DNA of 64,000 bases from Dehalococcoidia bacterium (lineage in GTDB: Bacteria > Chloroflexota > Dehalococcoidia > UBA2979): positions 1,952,001 to 2,016,000 of the forward strand of contig OZ253555.1 of assembly GCA_965262725.1 (NCBI GenBank), written 5' to 3'. The position numbers and the translations under genes are program-made. The notes below the pieces were generated by a model. That model was not told the DNA's origin and made no database searches. It worked only from the letters and a program-made list of their open reading frames with translations. Shown here piece by piece: positions 63,568 through 64,000 of the stretch (the first letter of the stretch is position 1; the number at the start of each line of letters is the position of its first letter).

Positions 63568-64000
63568 ATGCGGCAGCACGCCGGGGGGCCCCCTGAGCGG
63601 GGCGCTCGAGCGGTCGATCCGCGACGCGTGGAGCGCCTTCTCGTCGGCCGGAGCCCTCCCCTCGCGCGTCGACCCGGCCGTGCCGATCCTCTTCTTCGGC
63701 GATCTCACCGCGTACGAGGAGTCTCCGCTGCGCGTGCTGACAGCCGGCCTCAACCCCTCGCTCCGCGAGTTCCCCGAGTCCGCGCCCTTCAAGCGCTTCC
63801 CGCTCGCCGCAGGCGCGGGGCCGGCCGACGTCGACCGCTACACGGCCGCGCTGTCGGCCTACTTCCGGACCGACCCCTACCGCCGCTGGTTCGGGGCGTT
63901 CGCGCCGGTGCTGGGGGGCCTCGGGGCGAGCTACTACCCCGGGCATCCCTCGATCGCGCTCCACACGGACATCTGCTCGCCGGTCGCGACCGACCCCACC
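63568..64000 (+). CDS. hypothetical protein, possibly UDG-like fold (runs off the window)
   Basis: PILFFGD, VLTAGLNPS..EF, HTDICSP.AT. Confidence 0.6.
   Translation, partial: MRQHAGGPPERGARAVDPRRVERLLVGRSPPLARRPGRADPLLRRSHRVRGVSAARADSRPQPLAPRVPRVRALQALPARRRRGAGRRRPLHGRAVGLLPDRPLPPLVRGVRAGAGGPRGELLPRASLDRAPHGHLLAGRDRPH

Overview
A very GC-rich accessory region crowded with mobile elements. It looks like a decayed defence/integrative island; the gene content suggests Chloroflexota/Dehalococcoidia-like or actinobacterial origin, which is inference. The first 6.9 kb holds two convergent ORF-less group II introns. Each carries an identical IS110-family (IS1111-type) element at the same domain I motif, GGGAC-CT-GGGAG, and one also carries a second, different IS1111-type element. 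The 3' non-coding regions of both IS types contain bridge/seek-RNA-like guide loops that match their intron insertion sites and their own circle junctions. The duplicated IS carries two tandem bridge-RNA units with near-identical donor guides but different target guides. The rest of the window contains another ORF-less intron, an intron RT pseudogene, SNF2+SWIM, two DUF2791/BrxD-like ATPases, HicAB, NYN and NucS-like nucleases, broken STAND/KAP defence genes and an RCC1-repeat lipoprotein. It also holds many IS (IS5, IS630, IS1595 with a tRNA-like passenger, IS1182, IS21, IS1380, IS256 remnant) and modules of an integrative element (Replic_Relax, serine recombinase with a tRNA/tmRNA-like att, primase, Rad52, ArdC). 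All calls are from reading the sequence by eye; no database searches were run.
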